This document shows positions 1 through 14,848 of a stretch of 64,000 bases of DNA, one piece after another (the stretch's first letter is position 1; each line of letters begins with the position of its first letter). The notes beneath the pieces are model-generated. The model did not search any database. It was not told the DNA's origin and worked only from the letters and a program-made list of their open reading frames with translations. The DNA is from Chrysomallon squamiferum. Its lineage: Eukaryota > Animalia > Mollusca. The position numbers were made by a program, and so were the translations under genes. The stretch covers positions 11,594,001 through 11,658,000 of the forward strand of contig CM022667.1 in NCBI GenBank assembly GCA_012295275.1, read 5' to 3'.

Positions 1-163
1 TCTGTGTCTGAATAATAACAACAACAACAGAAATAATAAAAATACCAAAGACGACAAAAACAAAGACGACAACAATGACAATGACGATGATGATGATGAT
101 GATGATGATTATATTAATAACAATAACAATAATATTAACAACAACAACAACAACAACAACAAC

Positions 164-203
<40 letters not shown>

Positions 204-259
204 TAATAATTAAATATGTAAAATGCATTATCTATATTAAGGTGGAATTATTTCCAGCC

Positions 260-1060
260 AGATGGTTTGGCAAACAGAGCAACATTTTACTGATAAGAAG
301 CAATAAAACAATAATGACAGCAACAGCAACAACAACAACTAGATAAGCAACTTCAGAAAAACACAACAACAAGAACAACAATAAAAAAAAAAAAAAAAAT
401 AGATACTCAAATATATGACGCAAAATAATAATAAAGAGAAAGATAGTGATAATAATAACAACAACAACAACAACAACAACAACACAAGCAACAACAACAA
501 CACAAGGACCAACACAACCAAAAAAACAAGAAACAGAAACAATTTGATATATCATATGGCATCTAACAACAAAGTGTTTACCACACTAACTAATTTTGAT
601 GTTTAATTTTTAAACGTTTAATGAAACGTGTTTTTCTTGCGTGCATGTGACGACAGTAGGATATATCATAAATAAATAACTGAAAAAGGATACGTAACAA
701 CAAAAGCTACTAAATCGATAATAGGGCGGATACAAGATTACTTAAGAGGGGAGGTACATGATATGGTGGTTAATTCTGATGTTTCAATATAAAGAAATAA
801 ATAACTGTGGCTTGGAAAAATATTGAAAGCTCAACTTTGGCTGGAAATGGAAATGGAAATGTTCTAACAGAGTAAGCTATGTCAGCGCTGTGTTTAAGTA
901 TAATTTTAAAAAGCTACAGTTTAGCGTGTCAGTGAAATGGTCTCTAATATTTTCAGTTCAGTTATTATACTTGTATTATTCTCGGTTAAAACTTGTAAGT
1001 TCTCACTGAAGTTTACAAAGCTTACAACTTTTTTCACGTAAGTCTAACCCTGGCCCTGCA
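260..1060. repeat. Left arm of long inverted repeat (partner ~7735-8630)
   Basis: About 540-1060 is a near-identical reverse complement of about 7735-8280 (841 ctggaaatggaaatggaaatgttctaacagagtaagcta vs 7922 tagcttactctgttagaacatttccatttccatttccag); weaker similarity continues into the AAC/GTT-rich flanks. Confidence 0.85.
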
Positions 1061-1853
1061 TGTGTTTCATTATAAAGCCACGCATATTCATTGTTTGGCA
1101 AACATTTGAGTTTGAAGTCTGAAAACATTCATTGACAACAAAGAGTAGTAATATGACCTGTCAGAGAATTATCGAATTGTATTACTTAGTACGTGAGAAG
1201 TGTACGCAAACTCGATGAAAAATTTAACAAATTCTTCTAGTAGGGAATAAACAAGTAGTTGTTATAGATTTTCCTGCCCAAAGGAATAAACAGGTTTCTG
1301 TCGCATTTGTCAGTGCTGCTGGTTGTTGCATGTTTTACGTGCATGGTGGTTCATTCCTTAGAGAACCTGGATATAACAGATCCCAGGATCAACTCTCCGC
1401 ATCGGCCCCTATTGATTATTTCTTTCTCAGCAAGATAATAATAATAAAATATCCTTGGTTGCTAATCAAAAAGGTTTCCTCAAACATATGACAAATAAAA
1501 AATAATAATAATAAAAAATAAAGAATAAATAAATAAAAAATAAATAAAAAACAAAAAACATAAGAAAATAATAAATATATAAGTAATAAATAACAATTAA
1601 ATTAAAAAAAAAAAGATAGATAGATAGATAGATAAATAAATAAATAAACAAATAAATAAATAAATATTAATAACAGCGATAACGAATGAATAACGATGAT
1701 GATGCTAATAATGATGATGCAATACTAATAAGTGTTATATTATAAATTAACAAATAGTACGAACGAATAAACAGTCAAAAATAAAAAAAAAATACATAAA
1801 TAAATAAAATAGTTTATTTGCTTTTACTTTATTCAAGAAATAAGAAGTCAGTT

Positions 1854-2432
1854 TCACAGCGGTTTTCCACAAATTTTCTTTTCTGATATAACGGGACTAA
1901 CGTCGACTCATATTTTGCTTTTTTGTGATTAGTTTTACACAATCTTCCACGTCCAGGTTTGTGCTTATTTTGTTTTCCATTTTTCAAACTGGACGTGTTC
2001 ACTACTCTTTCAAACAAAACTGTTTTCCATCTTTTTATCTTAGACCTATATAAAGAAAACCCTATCGTACTTAAAAAAGAAAAAGAAGTAATAGTTGTAG
2101 TATTAGATTAGTAGCAGCACTAGTAGTAGTAGTTGTTTAAGTTACTACTAGTAGTAGCAGTAGTGGTCGGAGTGGTACTAATGGAATAACACTGCTGTAA
2201 AGTAGATGAAGTAGTAGTAGTTGTAGATAAATATTTATGTTTCTATTTCTGTCTATATTTTCCTTAATGTAATCACCAACAGCTGCGTTTTTTTTCTTCT
2301 GTGTCCAGTACAATCAGTCTTGAACCTATCTGACTGGAGGCGACACGTGCTGAAGACAATATTTTTTCATCGATGAACAATTAGAAACATAGACTGAGTT
2401 TATATAAACCAGTCTTTCCATTGGAGAGAAAC
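1854..2432 (-). pseudogene. Decayed C-type lectin paralog (exons 3 and 4 only)
   Basis: About 2255-2432 aligns to exon 3 of the 9819-11384 gene (LCF*..ARVASSQIGSRLIVLDTEEK..AVGDYI) with a stop and frameshifts. About 1854-2068 reads FLYIGL..EKW..DVEDCVKL..ICGKPL* with stops and frameshifts, matching exon 4. Confidence 0.8.
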
Positions 2433-3027
2433 CTGACAATTTAATAACAATGTTCAGTTGTTCTTAATTATATTTTATATTCTGTCAAAATGCAACATTT
2501 AAGCAATCAATATGAAGAATATTTTCTATATATTTGACGAATTAATATATTATACATGTTATGTGTGTTTGACAAGTCAGTACATTGCATATATTGTATT
2601 TGGTTTAAAAGGTATTATATCATTCGCTGCTACTTTATAATTTACTTCATATAATTCAGGATAATACTTGCCTGAAAACGCTATAAACTTAATAAGATAG
2701 AAATCATATGGAGGTATATCATGAAAACAAAAAAAAAACACAGAAAAAGTAACCCGTCAATATGAAATATTTACATAGATACATTCATACGTGCGTAGGT
2801 TCATACGTCAAACATACATGCTGGTTTAAAAAATAAGTAGATGTAAAATGAGTTAAGACTTAAGTTGTGCATTAAAAATTAAAGACACTGTAGCAACGTT
2901 TCATGTTAAATCGATGTGAATCGATGCACTGCTTGGGGATATTTTGACTTACAATGAGTTCAAACATTGATATTTATTACGACCTGTTCACTTCGTCGTT
3001 TTCTTCACTAAAATTTATTTGGACAAA

Positions 3028-5123
3028 ATGCAAAACACTTTCCTCCAGTTTGTGCTGTTGTCAGCTGTCTTCGTGTGTTCGAAAACGGCAGACAGGTATG
3101 TATAAATAAACATACGTACGCTTTTTATTTTATATTGAAACAGAATAACAGTGTGGATGTGTGCGTAAGTTAGATAGACAAATAGATAGACATGATAAAT
3201 GAGTGGATGAACTGATAGAAGGATAAATAGACTAATACACTGATACATAGACAGATTGAAATCATCATTTCAATTATATCTTACTAAATGTCACTATTTA
3301 ATACAAGTAATGAAAATAGTTCTATTTTACTGTCATTAAAGTTGCATTGGCACCAGATGGATTTGGATTGCCAAAGAAAAATATGATAACATCACTGCAC
3401 CTAACACTGAAATATACGGAGCCACTGGCGTCAAGACCATGATGCACTGTGGCTCTGACTGCACCAAGAATCCAGCATGTTTTTCGTTTGCCTACAACAA
3501 CGGAAAATGTCTCCATTATTCTGTGAGGTTTGGTACTTACGTCAGTACGTCTTATGCAGCAAACTGGAAACACTATTACATTTCTACAGGTAACAGACTA
3601 AAATTGATCTTCGTATAATAATAATAATAATCTGACTTTTATCTTTCAGTGGTAACAGTCTGAATCTTGTATTTTGCTTGGCAACAATGTTATTTGAATG
3701 TCTAGCTCTATATACTAGCTGTTTGAATTTGATCTTTGAATAACAACATCTTCAATTTCACCTTTTTATGGCAACAGCTAAATTTGTATCTTTGTATGGT
3801 AGGGAAATGAATTTTATGTTTCTATCGTAACAGTATGTATTTTACATTGTATTGTAATCGTTTGATTTTTTTTTTTTTTTTTTTTGGATTTTATTGGGAT
3901 AACGGCGGTAACGATGTGTGCATAATTATGTATATAAAATTAATATTGTAGTGAATGTTATATAGTTGTTTTCGTTTCATAGGTGTCTGTCCGACTGATG
4001 AGGGTTTCGTGTTTTTGGGAACACTGTGCTTCAAGTTGTCTGAAGATCGTAAAACATTTGCTGATGCACGTGTTGCTTGCGGCCAGATGGGATCAAGACT
4101 GATCGTGTTAGACACGGATGAAAAAAACAAAATTCTGTCGCGCTACCTTTCAAACATAGGTGTGTCTGCTGTCTTCTTATTTCTCTTTTTATTTAATTAT
4201 TTATTTATGTGTTTGTTTTATGTGATCTGTTTTGAATAGAGAAAAATAAATTTAAATGAGTGAATGAATGAATGGTTTAAAGAAACAAATAAATCGTAGA
4301 GAACAAAAAAAATACAATTTTTCTACTACTACTTCCACTACTACTCTCTCTGTCACAACTACTATTGCTATTATAACTAATACTACTATTTTTACTACTA
4401 CTTTTGGTATTATTACTATTAATACTACTTTTAGTATCATCACTATTACTACTACAACTACTACGACAACAATGACTGCCACCACCACTACTACTACTAC
4501 TTTTTTCTGTTACTGCTATGAATACGAAAACTAGTACCACTTGAACTACTGCAGTGAAATCTCTTTATAATCACTTTTTGGGTAAACCTACAACAGCAGA
4601 TTTTCTCTGTTATCAAAAATAAATTAATCCCAAGCAATTCATTCTGCCTCAGATTTCATGAACAAAAATTATATTTTCCCTGGCAGTTATTCACTTTGGA
4701 AAGCTCTGCAGTGAATGCTTTTTAGTAACTACTCCCACTACAGCAATACCTCTGCTACTATTACTATTAACCCTGCTTCCACTTCTACTTGTTTTCCTGC
4801 ATCTGTCTCTGCTACTGCTGCTTCATCGTTATTGTTACTCCTATACCACCGCTACTACTGCTATTACTATTACTACATTTACATTCATTTGTTTTACAGG
4901 GACAAATCTTGACATGTTTTACATCGGACTAACTGATGAAGTTTCGGAGCAAATATATGTGTGGGAGAATGGCAAAGAAGCCATTTATAAAAATTGGAAT
5001 TTACATGAACCTGATAAAGTAGATTATGAAGACTGCATTGTATTTTTATCCGATGTAAGCAAATGGGCTGATATTAAATGTCTATTAAGTAAAAATTACA
5101 TGTGTGAAAAACCACTGAATTAA
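3028..5123 (+). CDS. Secreted PAN/apple + C-type lectin domain protein (lectin 1, ~238 aa, 4 exons)
   Basis: Exons 3028-3095 (MQNTFLQFVLLSAVFVCSKTAD, signal peptide), 3342-3589 (HCGSDCTKNPACFSFAYNNGKCLHY, PAN-type Cys pattern), 3983-4159 (CPTDEGF..LCFKL..FADARVACGQMGSRL) and 4900-5123 (FYIGLTD..WENG..NW..EPD..EDC..WADIKC..YMCEK). GT-AG introns of phase 2,1,1; frame open throughout; AATAAA near 5220. Confidence 0.9.
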
Positions 5124-6219
5124 TTGTAAGAACCCGACAAGCCACTGAAAAAAAAAAAAAAACATCTCTTCAAGCAGATTTTCTTCGACTTATATGAGAA
5201 TTGTAATGCAGGTCAGTTAAATAAATAAACTGAAAAACAATTCTTCTTTAGTTGTATTTTTATTGTTTGTGATGTGTTTGTATTTGTCACATTCTTTTAT
5301 TTCTGTGCAGTTTGCTTGCAGTCTTAGTACTGAATTCTGAACAGTTTCAGTTTGTTGTGGTGTACTCAGATCCCTTTAATGACTAAACTGGCTGTTTAAA
5401 TTTAATACAGTATTTATTTATTTATTTATTTATTTATTACCGTTCTTTTCACCGGTCATATTTTATTTTAATCCCTTCGATGTTGGTTAAGTCTTCTAGG
5501 AAATAATCATCATTCAATATCTGTAACTACATCTCATTTGCTTATTATTTTTCTTGCTGCTAATGTTCTTTGTCTAAATATTATTATTGTTGTTCTTGCT
5601 GTCAGTTTAATTGTTCAAAATATTGCGGTTATAAGCATCTGTAAATATATCAAAAGAAAAAAGAATGAAAGAATCAAGAAATGACTGAATGAATGTTGTT
5701 GATAATGAGAATTACATTTTTTATTTTCAAATAGCACGGTCGTATAGATAAATAAAACAAACAAATAAACAAACAAACAAATAAATAAACAAACAAATAA
5801 TTTATTTAGTTTTGTTTATTCAACAAATATCAAGTCAACTTCACAAGAGTTTATCACAAATATATTTGACTGAAAGTGTACAATTAATATCACCCCACAT
5901 TTTGCTTGTTAGAATTAATGTTATGCGCGGAAGCTGGTAATTTAAAAATACATATATTAAAAAAAGAAATCAAAAACATCTATCGTACAAACTACACAGC
6001 ATCATTTAACTAAGAAATATATAAATATTTACAACTGCATTTCTTATTGGTAAAAACTGTGTCTTCGTGTGTGTGTGTGTGTGTGTGTGTGTGTTTAACT
6101 TTTAAATCTATCTAATTAGTTAAATGCAAATAGCAAAAATGTATAATACTAAATACTAAATAGTAGCATACTTTGCCGAAGAATGTAAACATCCTCTAAG
6201 ATTTATATTTTAGACGTAT

Positions 6220-7120
6220 AGATGTTATATTACTCACTGGGACATCTGATCTGAAGGGAAAAATAAATAGTTTTAACCTTGTGTCGTATTCCGCTGTGGC
6301 TACGGTTTAACAGAAAACAGAATATTCGAAAGAAAAAAATCAATCGATCCCGAAAAATAACCGATGTGTGACATGCTGAAACAATATTTTGTTTGAGAAT
6401 TAATCATCCAAAGCGACAAAATTTTATTAAATATTCACAGACGACTAGATTTGTTCCTCTGGGAAAATTAAATTATTTAATGTTTAGTCAGCTTGACAGT
6501 AAATCATCCAAAGTGACAAAATTTTATTAAATATTCACAGACGACAAGGATTGTTCCACTGGGAAAATCAACTTTATTAACAAAAAATAATAATAATAGT
6601 AAAAATAATAATAAAAAAAAATATATATATATATAAATAAATTATTTTCTCAAGTCAATGTACAATATATTAGAAACAATTGTTCCTTGAATCAATATCT
6701 TTCTGTATTTATATAAGACTAAAATAATCAATATGTAAACTGATATTCACAATATATACATTTTAAAAAAAGAAAGAAAAAAAGTGAAAAACCATCTATC
6801 GTACACACTCACCTACAGTTCTCTCTACTATTACATCGACCTGTCTTAATTTTAAACACTGAAATGTAAATAAGTTTATAAGTTTGTATATCTTTAGAAT
6901 ATTTGGTTGTTGTTTTTGTTGTTGTTGTAATGCATAAATATAGGGAGTTTTTAGATTTGTTTGTTCTTTTGCTCTTTAATTAAACAGCATCAATATAATT
7001 TGTTTACAACTGCAATTTGTGCTGGTAAAAATTGTCTCAATATATTAACTTTTAAATATACCTAAAGGCAAATAGCAAAAATGTATAATAATAAATACTA
7101 AATAGTAGTATACCAAATAA
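6220..7120. repeat. Duplicated non-coding block (direct copy ~13730-14820; partial inverted copy ~20950-21660)
   Basis: Colinear blocks gacatctgatct..tattccgctgtggcta..aatattcacagacgac..catctatcgta..aatagtagtataccaaataa are present in both direct copies. Confidence 0.8.
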
Positions 7121-7239
7121 TAATAATAATAACAACAATAACAACACTAACAACTCCTCCTTAAACAAAATAAGATAATGATTTCTCCTCCTACGAAAAT
7201 TATTTCGAAATAAAAAAAATAAAAATTTTGGGGGAAATA

Positions 7240-7475
7240 ATGGCTATACAGAAATGTCATGGGCAATTGATTTTGATTAGTTAAAAACAGTAGATTACTA
7301 TTCGAAACGAATGCGCGACTTTTTATACACGTTTTTGTGTCTGACGTTTGGTATTAGTACAGATTATTCGTAATACCTTATAATCCCATTTAATGTCAGG
7401 AAAATACAGCTAGCTGTGTGGTTAGTGGTAAATGGTTGCAGGGGAGGCAATGGCCGAAGGGAATTAACTCTAGTT
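7240..7475. repeat. ~235-bp dispersed repeat (inverted copy 20670-20905)
   Basis: 7240-7475 (..gtagattactattcgaaacgaatgcgc..gaggcaatggccgaagggaattaactctagt) is the reverse complement of 20670-20905. Confidence 0.8.
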
Positions 7476-7734
7476 TACTTTCGACAATAACATCTACGAC
7501 AACTACTTGTTTATTCGCTGCTATACAAATTTGTTAGATTTTTATCATGTTTGCGTACACTTCTCACGAACTAAGCAACAAAAATCGATAGTTTTCTGAT
7601 AGCCATATTGCACTATGTTTTCAATATGGGTTGTTATTATTGTTATTATTATTTTTTTTTAATATTCTCAGTCTTTGAACTCAAAATTTTGCCAAGCAAT
7701 GAATATGCGTGCCTTTATAATGAAATACAGGCAT

Positions 7735-8381
7735 GGCCAGGGTTAGGCTTACATGTAATGAGGTAAAAAGTTGTAAGCTTTAGTAAACTTCATTGAAAAC
7801 TTACAAGTTTTAACAGAGAATAATACAAGTATAATAACTGAACTGTTAAAATATTAGAGACCATGTCACTTACACGCTAAACTGTAGCTTTTTAAAATTA
7901 TACTTAAACACAGCGCTGACGTAGCTTACTCTGTTAGAACATTTCCATTTCCATTTCCAGCCAAAGTTGAGCTTTCAATATTTTTCCAAGCCACAGTTAT
8001 TTATTTCTTTATATTGAAACATCAGAACTAACCACCATATCATGTACCTCCCCTCTTAAGTAATCTTGTATCCGCCCTATTATCGATTTAGTAGCTTTTG
8101 TTGTTACGTATCCTTTTTCAGTTCTTTATTTATGATATCTCCTACTGGTGTCACATGAATGCAAGAAAAACACGTTTCATTAAACGTTTTTAAAAATTAA
8201 ACACCAAAATTACAGTTTTCAATTAGTGTGGTAAGCACATAGTTATTACATGCAGTACACCGCATCAGAATCGTTTCTGTTTCTTCCTGTTTTGGTTATG
8301 TTGTCGTTGTTGTTGTTGTTATGTTGTCGTTGTTGTTGTTGATGATGTTTTTGTCGTTGTTATTAATAGTATTATTATTAA

Positions 8382-8434
<53 letters not shown>

Positions 8435-8630
8435 TTCTGTTTATTATTATTTTTACGTCATATATTTTAGTATCTGTTTTGTTATATTTTTTATGTTGCT
8501 GTTGCCGGTGGGTTTGTTCAAGTCGTTTATCTCGTTTTTGTTGTTGCCGTTGTTGCTGCCGTCGTTATTTTATTGTTTTTCTTCTTCTTTTTTTTTTTTT
8601 TTTTGTCGTGCAGTAAATGTTTCTTCTGTT
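7735..8630. repeat. Right arm of long inverted repeat (partner ~260-1060)
   Basis: Reverse-complement match to the first kb of the window. Confidence 0.85.
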
Positions 8631-9453
8631 GTTGTTGGGGCGGTTCAGTGTAAAAATAGTAGTTCTTGATATGACTGTTTGGAAGGTGTAGTATTTGTGG
8701 AGTAGTATTGGTAATAATGATCGTATTAGTAGTTGATTTTGCTGGTGTGTCTGTAGTAGAAGTTGTTGTAATAGCTCTAGTAGTGATACAATAATAATAA
8801 TAATAATAATAATAGCAGTCGTAGTAAGTGTGAAAGTAGTAAATGTACTTGTACTAGTAGTTTAATAGTTCTAGTAATAGTTGTAGTAGTAACATTAGTA
8901 GTAGCAGTAGTTTTTGCTGTTGTTGTAATTGTTTTAGTAGTAGTAGTAGTAGTAAGAATACTTTTTTAGGAATAGTAGTAGCTGTTGTTGTTGTTGGATT
9001 AATTCTGTTTAAAATAAATACTTCGTGCTAGGCAGTGTCTGTCTGTATTTGGTTCGGATTAAATACGACAGATTCGAACCCAGGCCTTCGACTTCAGACA
9101 CTGTGTTTTGTGGTCTTTTGATAAGATCAGTGTCACTAGCCTAAAGACTGTCAACACCCATTGCACCCTGACATACTATACAGTGATTTTGTGTTAGAGA
9201 TGCAGAAATGATCAATGAAATATTTTATAAAAGGAAATCAGTATCGCTTTGGTTATTTATTCAAATGTATGCAGTTTCGTAGCCACTGAAAGGATTAAAT
9301 AAGTTTGTAATAAAAGACAGAGAAATTAAAATTACATAAGGAACACTGAAATATCACTCTTCCAGTTGCTTTCAAAAAACGTTTATTAGTTTAAATAAGA
9401 TATGACACATATAAATAATAGTTGTTCTTGCTCTTCTATACATATACATATAG

Positions 9454-9589
<136 letters not shown>

Positions 9590-9818
9590 TGTGTTACAAC
9601 AATATCTCAAATTCTTACGTTAAGTTATTATTAAATAAAATTAAGTCAAGAGAAATTAATCGGAATTCTCGTAAATCTCAAAAAAATCATAGTAAAATTA
9701 ATTGTGTCACTGTGATACAGAGTGAACCCAGCTTTAATCTGTGTCGTTTCAAAACTCTTTGACTACTGCGAGGTTTAGCGATACAGAGTATCACACTGAT
9801 TTCTGACAGTACCCAAAA

Positions 9819-10243
9819 TCACATTGGTTTCTCACAAATGTACATTTGTCTTCGAAAACAGCCAGCTTTAAGCCATGTGTTCCCAGGAACATGTAAGAGA
9901 ACACATTGCTTGTCTTCAGTACTATTATTGTGAGGTTCACCTTCTGCCCAGCTGAAAAACGCTGCGACCAATCCGCTCTCCCAAAGATAATGGTCTTGTT
10001 CATATGTTTGCGTCAGACCGATGTATAAGTATTTATTTATGTCTGAATAACAACAACAATAATTCTAATTTAAGAACAACAATAATAATAATAATAATAA
10101 TAATAACAAGAAAGCAACAACAACAGTAATAATAAGACGAAGAATGTAAAGCTAATACGTTTCTTTACAATGAAACGAGATGCTATGTAAAATTTAGAAA
10201 AATGTATTTTCTTATTTTCTTCTTCTTCTTCTTCTTTTTATTA

Positions 10244-10285
<42 letters not shown>

Positions 10286-10306
10286 AATATATATAGATAG
10301 ATAGAT

Positions 10307-10385
<79 letters not shown>

Positions 10386-10811
10386 TTTTTAATGTACGTC
10401 AGTATTTAAATTCCTACCCATGGTTTTTGTAATGTAGTCACCAACAGCAGTGTTTTTCTCTTCTGTGTCCAGTACAATCAGTCTTGAACCTGTCTGACTG
10501 CAGGCGTCACGTGCTTTGAGATATGTTTTCTGATCGCTGGACACTTTGAAACATAGATTCAGTTTGTCCAGATAAACAAACCCATCTCCCACTGGACAGG
10601 AACCTGCCAGGAAATGATAATAAGTTCTAAAAAGTTCTTAAAATAATCATTCGTTTTCATAATTAAGAATAGTACTTACAGTAAGGTAATATAGTTTCTG
10701 TTACAAGAGTAGTACTTTATTATTATCCTGTACCTGCGTGTTTATTTTATTTAAACTATCAATGCTGTTTATTATTATCACTAATCAGTTTACATATTTT
10801 ATCTATGTATA

Positions 10812-10845
<34 letters not shown>

Positions 10846-11177
10846 CATATACATACATATGAATATATGTACCTGCACTTAGGTAAAAATGAGTCCAGCC
10901 AGGTGAAGTTGAATAGCTGCTTGAATTTATAAATCTCAAATAATGCAGACGACAAATTCCGTGGACGTTGTACGAAAACCAAACACAGGAAGAGTTACGT
11001 GTGCATCGTATCCCACAATCCACTGGTGATGTTATTCTTTCAGCAGAAGATATGAGAGCCTTGGTTATCTCAACATTCTCAAAACCAGGATTTTTAATCA
11101 AGATCGTTGTCTTGCTGCACCTGTGATAATAATAATAATAGAAATAATAATTTTGTTTTAAAAATGTTACAAAATTA

Positions 11178-11251
<74 letters not shown>

Positions 11252-11384
11252 ATTGTTGTTGTTATTTTTATTATTATATCGTCAGATATAGTTAGCAATA
11301 TGTAAAAACAGATATTACATACCTCTCGTTACCACGGGAACAGATTAAAAACGCTACCAACAAAATAAATGGTGCGTAATGCAT
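9819..11384 (-). CDS. Secreted PAN/apple + C-type lectin domain protein (lectin 2, ~239 aa, 4 exons)
   Basis: Exons 11384-11323 (MHYAPFILLVAFLICSRGNE), 11120-10873 (DCGIRCTRNSSCVWFSYNVHGICRLH), 10603-10418 (CPVGDGF..LCFKV..ARDACSQTGSRL) and 10042-9819 (LYIGLTQ..WESG..SWAEGEPH..QCV..WLKAGC..YICEKPM*). Same intron phases as lectin 1; exons 2 and 4 have the same lengths (248 and 224 nt). Confidence 0.9.
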
Positions 11385-12413
11385 CTCAACCGAATTTCAA
11401 CGAAACTCAACCAAACTGATCAGTATAATAATTCGTAGTACGCAGTGTGTATCTGTATTTGGTTCCGATTAAAAACTGTTAATATTTCCAGCAGAAGCAA
11501 GTTCGAGTTCAGGAGCTCTCGACGTCAGACAGTATGTTTTGTGTTGTATTAATAAGAACGTTGTCAAACAGCTGAAAACAGAGAGGGCCAACATGTTATT
11601 TAATTTATGTTGTTGTTTCTTGTTTTTTATTTCGTGTGAAAAACATACTGACAAATAATCAATGAAATATTACAAAATACATTTCAATATCGATGGATCT
11701 AATCATTTATTTATTTATAATATGTGTTTCCATACAGGAGTAAATATATTATTAAAAATAAAATTACACAGAAGATTAAAAATTAATTAGCAACATGTTT
11801 TAATGTTGATTGGTTTTCAAGTGTTGACATTGCAATGCTGCATTTGTGATTTGAAAGCATCGATTCTGACATAAACACTGACACGTGGAAAAAGCGTCAC
11901 ATAATAGGCCGAAAACACGTGTTTTTTATTTTTCACGTGAAATCCGCGATAATCTGCACAAATGTCAAATGTTAACCACTTGTTTATTCTTCATAAAAAT
12001 ATGAAATCTAAACTCAAAATCCCATTCTAGAACAATACTCCTACTACAGCTATTACTACTGCTACTGCAACTGCTATTATTACTTCTGCTACTGCCTCTA
12101 CTTCTGTTTCAACTACTACTACTACTACTACTACTGCAGCTAAAATTTCTTCTAACACCAGTTTTACTGTAGTTATTATTATTTATTGTACAGCGTTAAA
12201 TTCAGGTATATTCTATATCGGCCTAACTCCCATTCTAGAACAACTATAATAATACTCCTACTACAACTATTACTATTGCTACTGCAACTGCTATTATTAC
12301 TTCTCCTACTACCTCTACTGTTACTTGAGCTACCACTACCATTACTACTACTGCAGCTACAATATATATTAATACCATTTCTGTTACTGTAGCTATTATT
12401 ATTTATTGTACAG

Positions 12414-12480
12414 TGTTATGTTCAGGTATGTTTTATATCGGCCTAACTCAAAAAGATGAGTTAATCTGGGAGAACTGTGT
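12414..12480 (+). pseudogene. Remnant of lectin exon 4 (MFYIGLTQKDELIWEN), with a shorter copy near 12193-12230
   Basis: Matches MFYIGLTDEVSEQIYVWEN of lectin 1. It follows a tacag acceptor and a CTA-rich tract like lectin 1 intron 3, and is truncated before the minisatellite. Confidence 0.65.
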
Positions 12481-12539
12481 TATATTTTATTTCTTAATGC
12501 TGTTATTCTTTTTATTATTATTATTGTTGTTCACTGCTA

Positions 12540-13725
12540 TCCCTACTACTACTGTTTGTAATTACGTTAGTGTTGTCCCTACTACTACTGTTTGTAAGTA
12601 CGTTAGTGTTGTCCCTACTACTACTGTTTGTAATTACGTTAGTGTTGTCCCTACTACTACTGTTTGTAGTACGTTAGTGTTGTCCCTACTACTACTGTTT
12701 GTAATTACGTTAGTGTTGTCCCTACTACTACTGTTTGTAATTACGTTAGTGTTGTCCCTACTACTACTGTTTGTAATTACGTTAGTGTTGTCCCTACTAC
12801 TACTGTTTGTAATTACGTTAGTGTTATCCCTACTGCTACTGTTTCTACTTACGTTAGTGTTGTCCCTACTGCTACTGTTTGTAATTACGTTAGTGTTATC
12901 CCTACTACTACTGTTTGTAATTACGTTAGTGTTGTCCCTACTACTACTGTTTGTAATTACGTTAGTGTTGTCCCTACTACTACTGTTTGTAATTACGTTA
13001 GTGTTGTCCCTACTGCTACTGTTTGTAATTACGTTAGTGTTGTCCCTACTACTACTGTTTGTAATTACGTTAGTGTTGTCCCTACTACTACTGTTTGTAA
13101 TTACGTTAGTGTTATCCCTACTACTACTTTTTGTAATTACGTTAGTGTTGTCCCTACTACTACTGTTTGTAATTACGTTAGTGTTGTCCCTACTACTACT
13201 GTTTGTAATTACGTTAGTGTTGTCCCTACTGCTACTGTTTGTAATTACGTTAGTGTTGTCCCTACTACTACTGTTTGTAATTACGTTAGTGTTGTCCCTA
13301 CTACTACTGTTTGTAATTACGTTAGTGTTGTCCCTACTGCTACTGTTTGTAATTACGTTAGTGTTGTCCCTACTACTACTGTTTGTAATTACGTTAGTGT
13401 TGTACCTACTACTACTGTTTGTAATTACGTTAGTTCTATCCCTACTGCTACTGTTTGTAATTACGTTAGTGTTGTCCCTACTGCTACTGTTTGTAATTAC
13501 GTTAGTGTTGTCCCTACTGCTACTGTTTGTAATTACGTTAGTGTTGTCCCTATTACTACTGTTTGTAATTACGTTAGTGTTGTACCTACTACTACTGTTT
13601 GTAATTACGTTAGTGTTGTACCTACTACTACTGTTTGTAATTACGTTAGTGTTGTACCTACTACTACTGTTTGTAATTACGTTAGTGTTGTCCCTACTAC
13701 TACTGTTTGTAATTACGTTAGTACA
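12540..13725. repeat. 36-bp minisatellite, about 33 copies
   Basis: Unit ccctactactactgtttgtaattacgttagtgttgt, head-to-tail, highly homogeneous, no spacers. Confidence 0.95.
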
Positions 13726-14813
13726 AGTGTTATATTACTGATTGTGATGACATCTGATCTCAAAGGAAAAAGAAATATTTTCAACCTTTTGTCATATTCC
13801 GCTGTGGCTAAGGTTAAACAGAAACCAACAGAAAATTCGAAAGAAAAAATCAATATAGCCAGAAAAATAACTGACGTGTAACATGATGAAATAATATATT
13901 TTTGTGAATAAATCATTGAAATTGACGAAATATTATTTAATATTCACAGACGACCATGATGTTACCTCTGGGAAAATGAAACTTATTTAATGTTATGTCA
14001 TCTTGACACAATCAGTAGTGTAATAACCAAGAAGAAGAACAACAAAACATTTTAAATCCTTATCATTTCCATACTGTTAATCGTAAGACGAACTTTACTG
14101 AAGAAAAGAGATAGAGCAATAACAAAGACAACAGCAAATAACAATAATATTAGATAGACAGCAATTTTAAAGACGTAAAAATAATTTTATTGCTCTCAGA
14201 TTACATAACTACTTCAATACGTACAACAAATATGTTAGGTGTTTTGTACAGCTGATAATAAAATATTTTTTTTTACACATATCAGTAATCAGTTTAACAA
14301 TGTTTATGCAAAACAATGTACAGTATATTACAAACACTTGTTCTTTAAATCAATATTCAAAACGGTAATTTAAAAAAAAAAATAATAATAATAATGAAAA
14401 TGCATCTATCGTATATACTCATCTATAATTCTGTATATTTTATATCGATCTGCTTTTTAAACAGTGAAATGTTAATTGTACATAGACTGGTTTATAGGTC
14501 GATATAACTTTTAGAATATTTTTTTTTTCTTTTGATGCATAAATACAGAGAGCTTTTAGCTTTGTTTGTTGTTGTTTTTCTTTAAATAAACAGCTTCATT
14601 TAACTAAGAAATATAATTTGTTTACATTATAACAATCGTATTGCAGTTCATGGTGGTAAAAACTAAGTCATTTTATATATATATATATCTATATATATAT
14701 ATATATATATATATTTTAAAAGTTTTGAATATACATAATTAATTAAATGCAAATATCAAAAATTGTATAATAATAATAATAACAGCGACAACGATACTAA
14801 TAGTAGTATACCA

Positions 14814-14848
<35 letters not shown>

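Noticed and set aside
9791-10003. 70-aa minus-strand ORF
   Set aside because: Wrong frame of lectin 2 exon 4.
12413-13741. 442-aa ORF, or a CRISPR-like array of 36-bp repeats
   Set aside because: Head-to-tail minisatellite with no spacers in eukaryotic DNA; the ORF is a repeat artefact and only its first ~20 codons are a lectin remnant.
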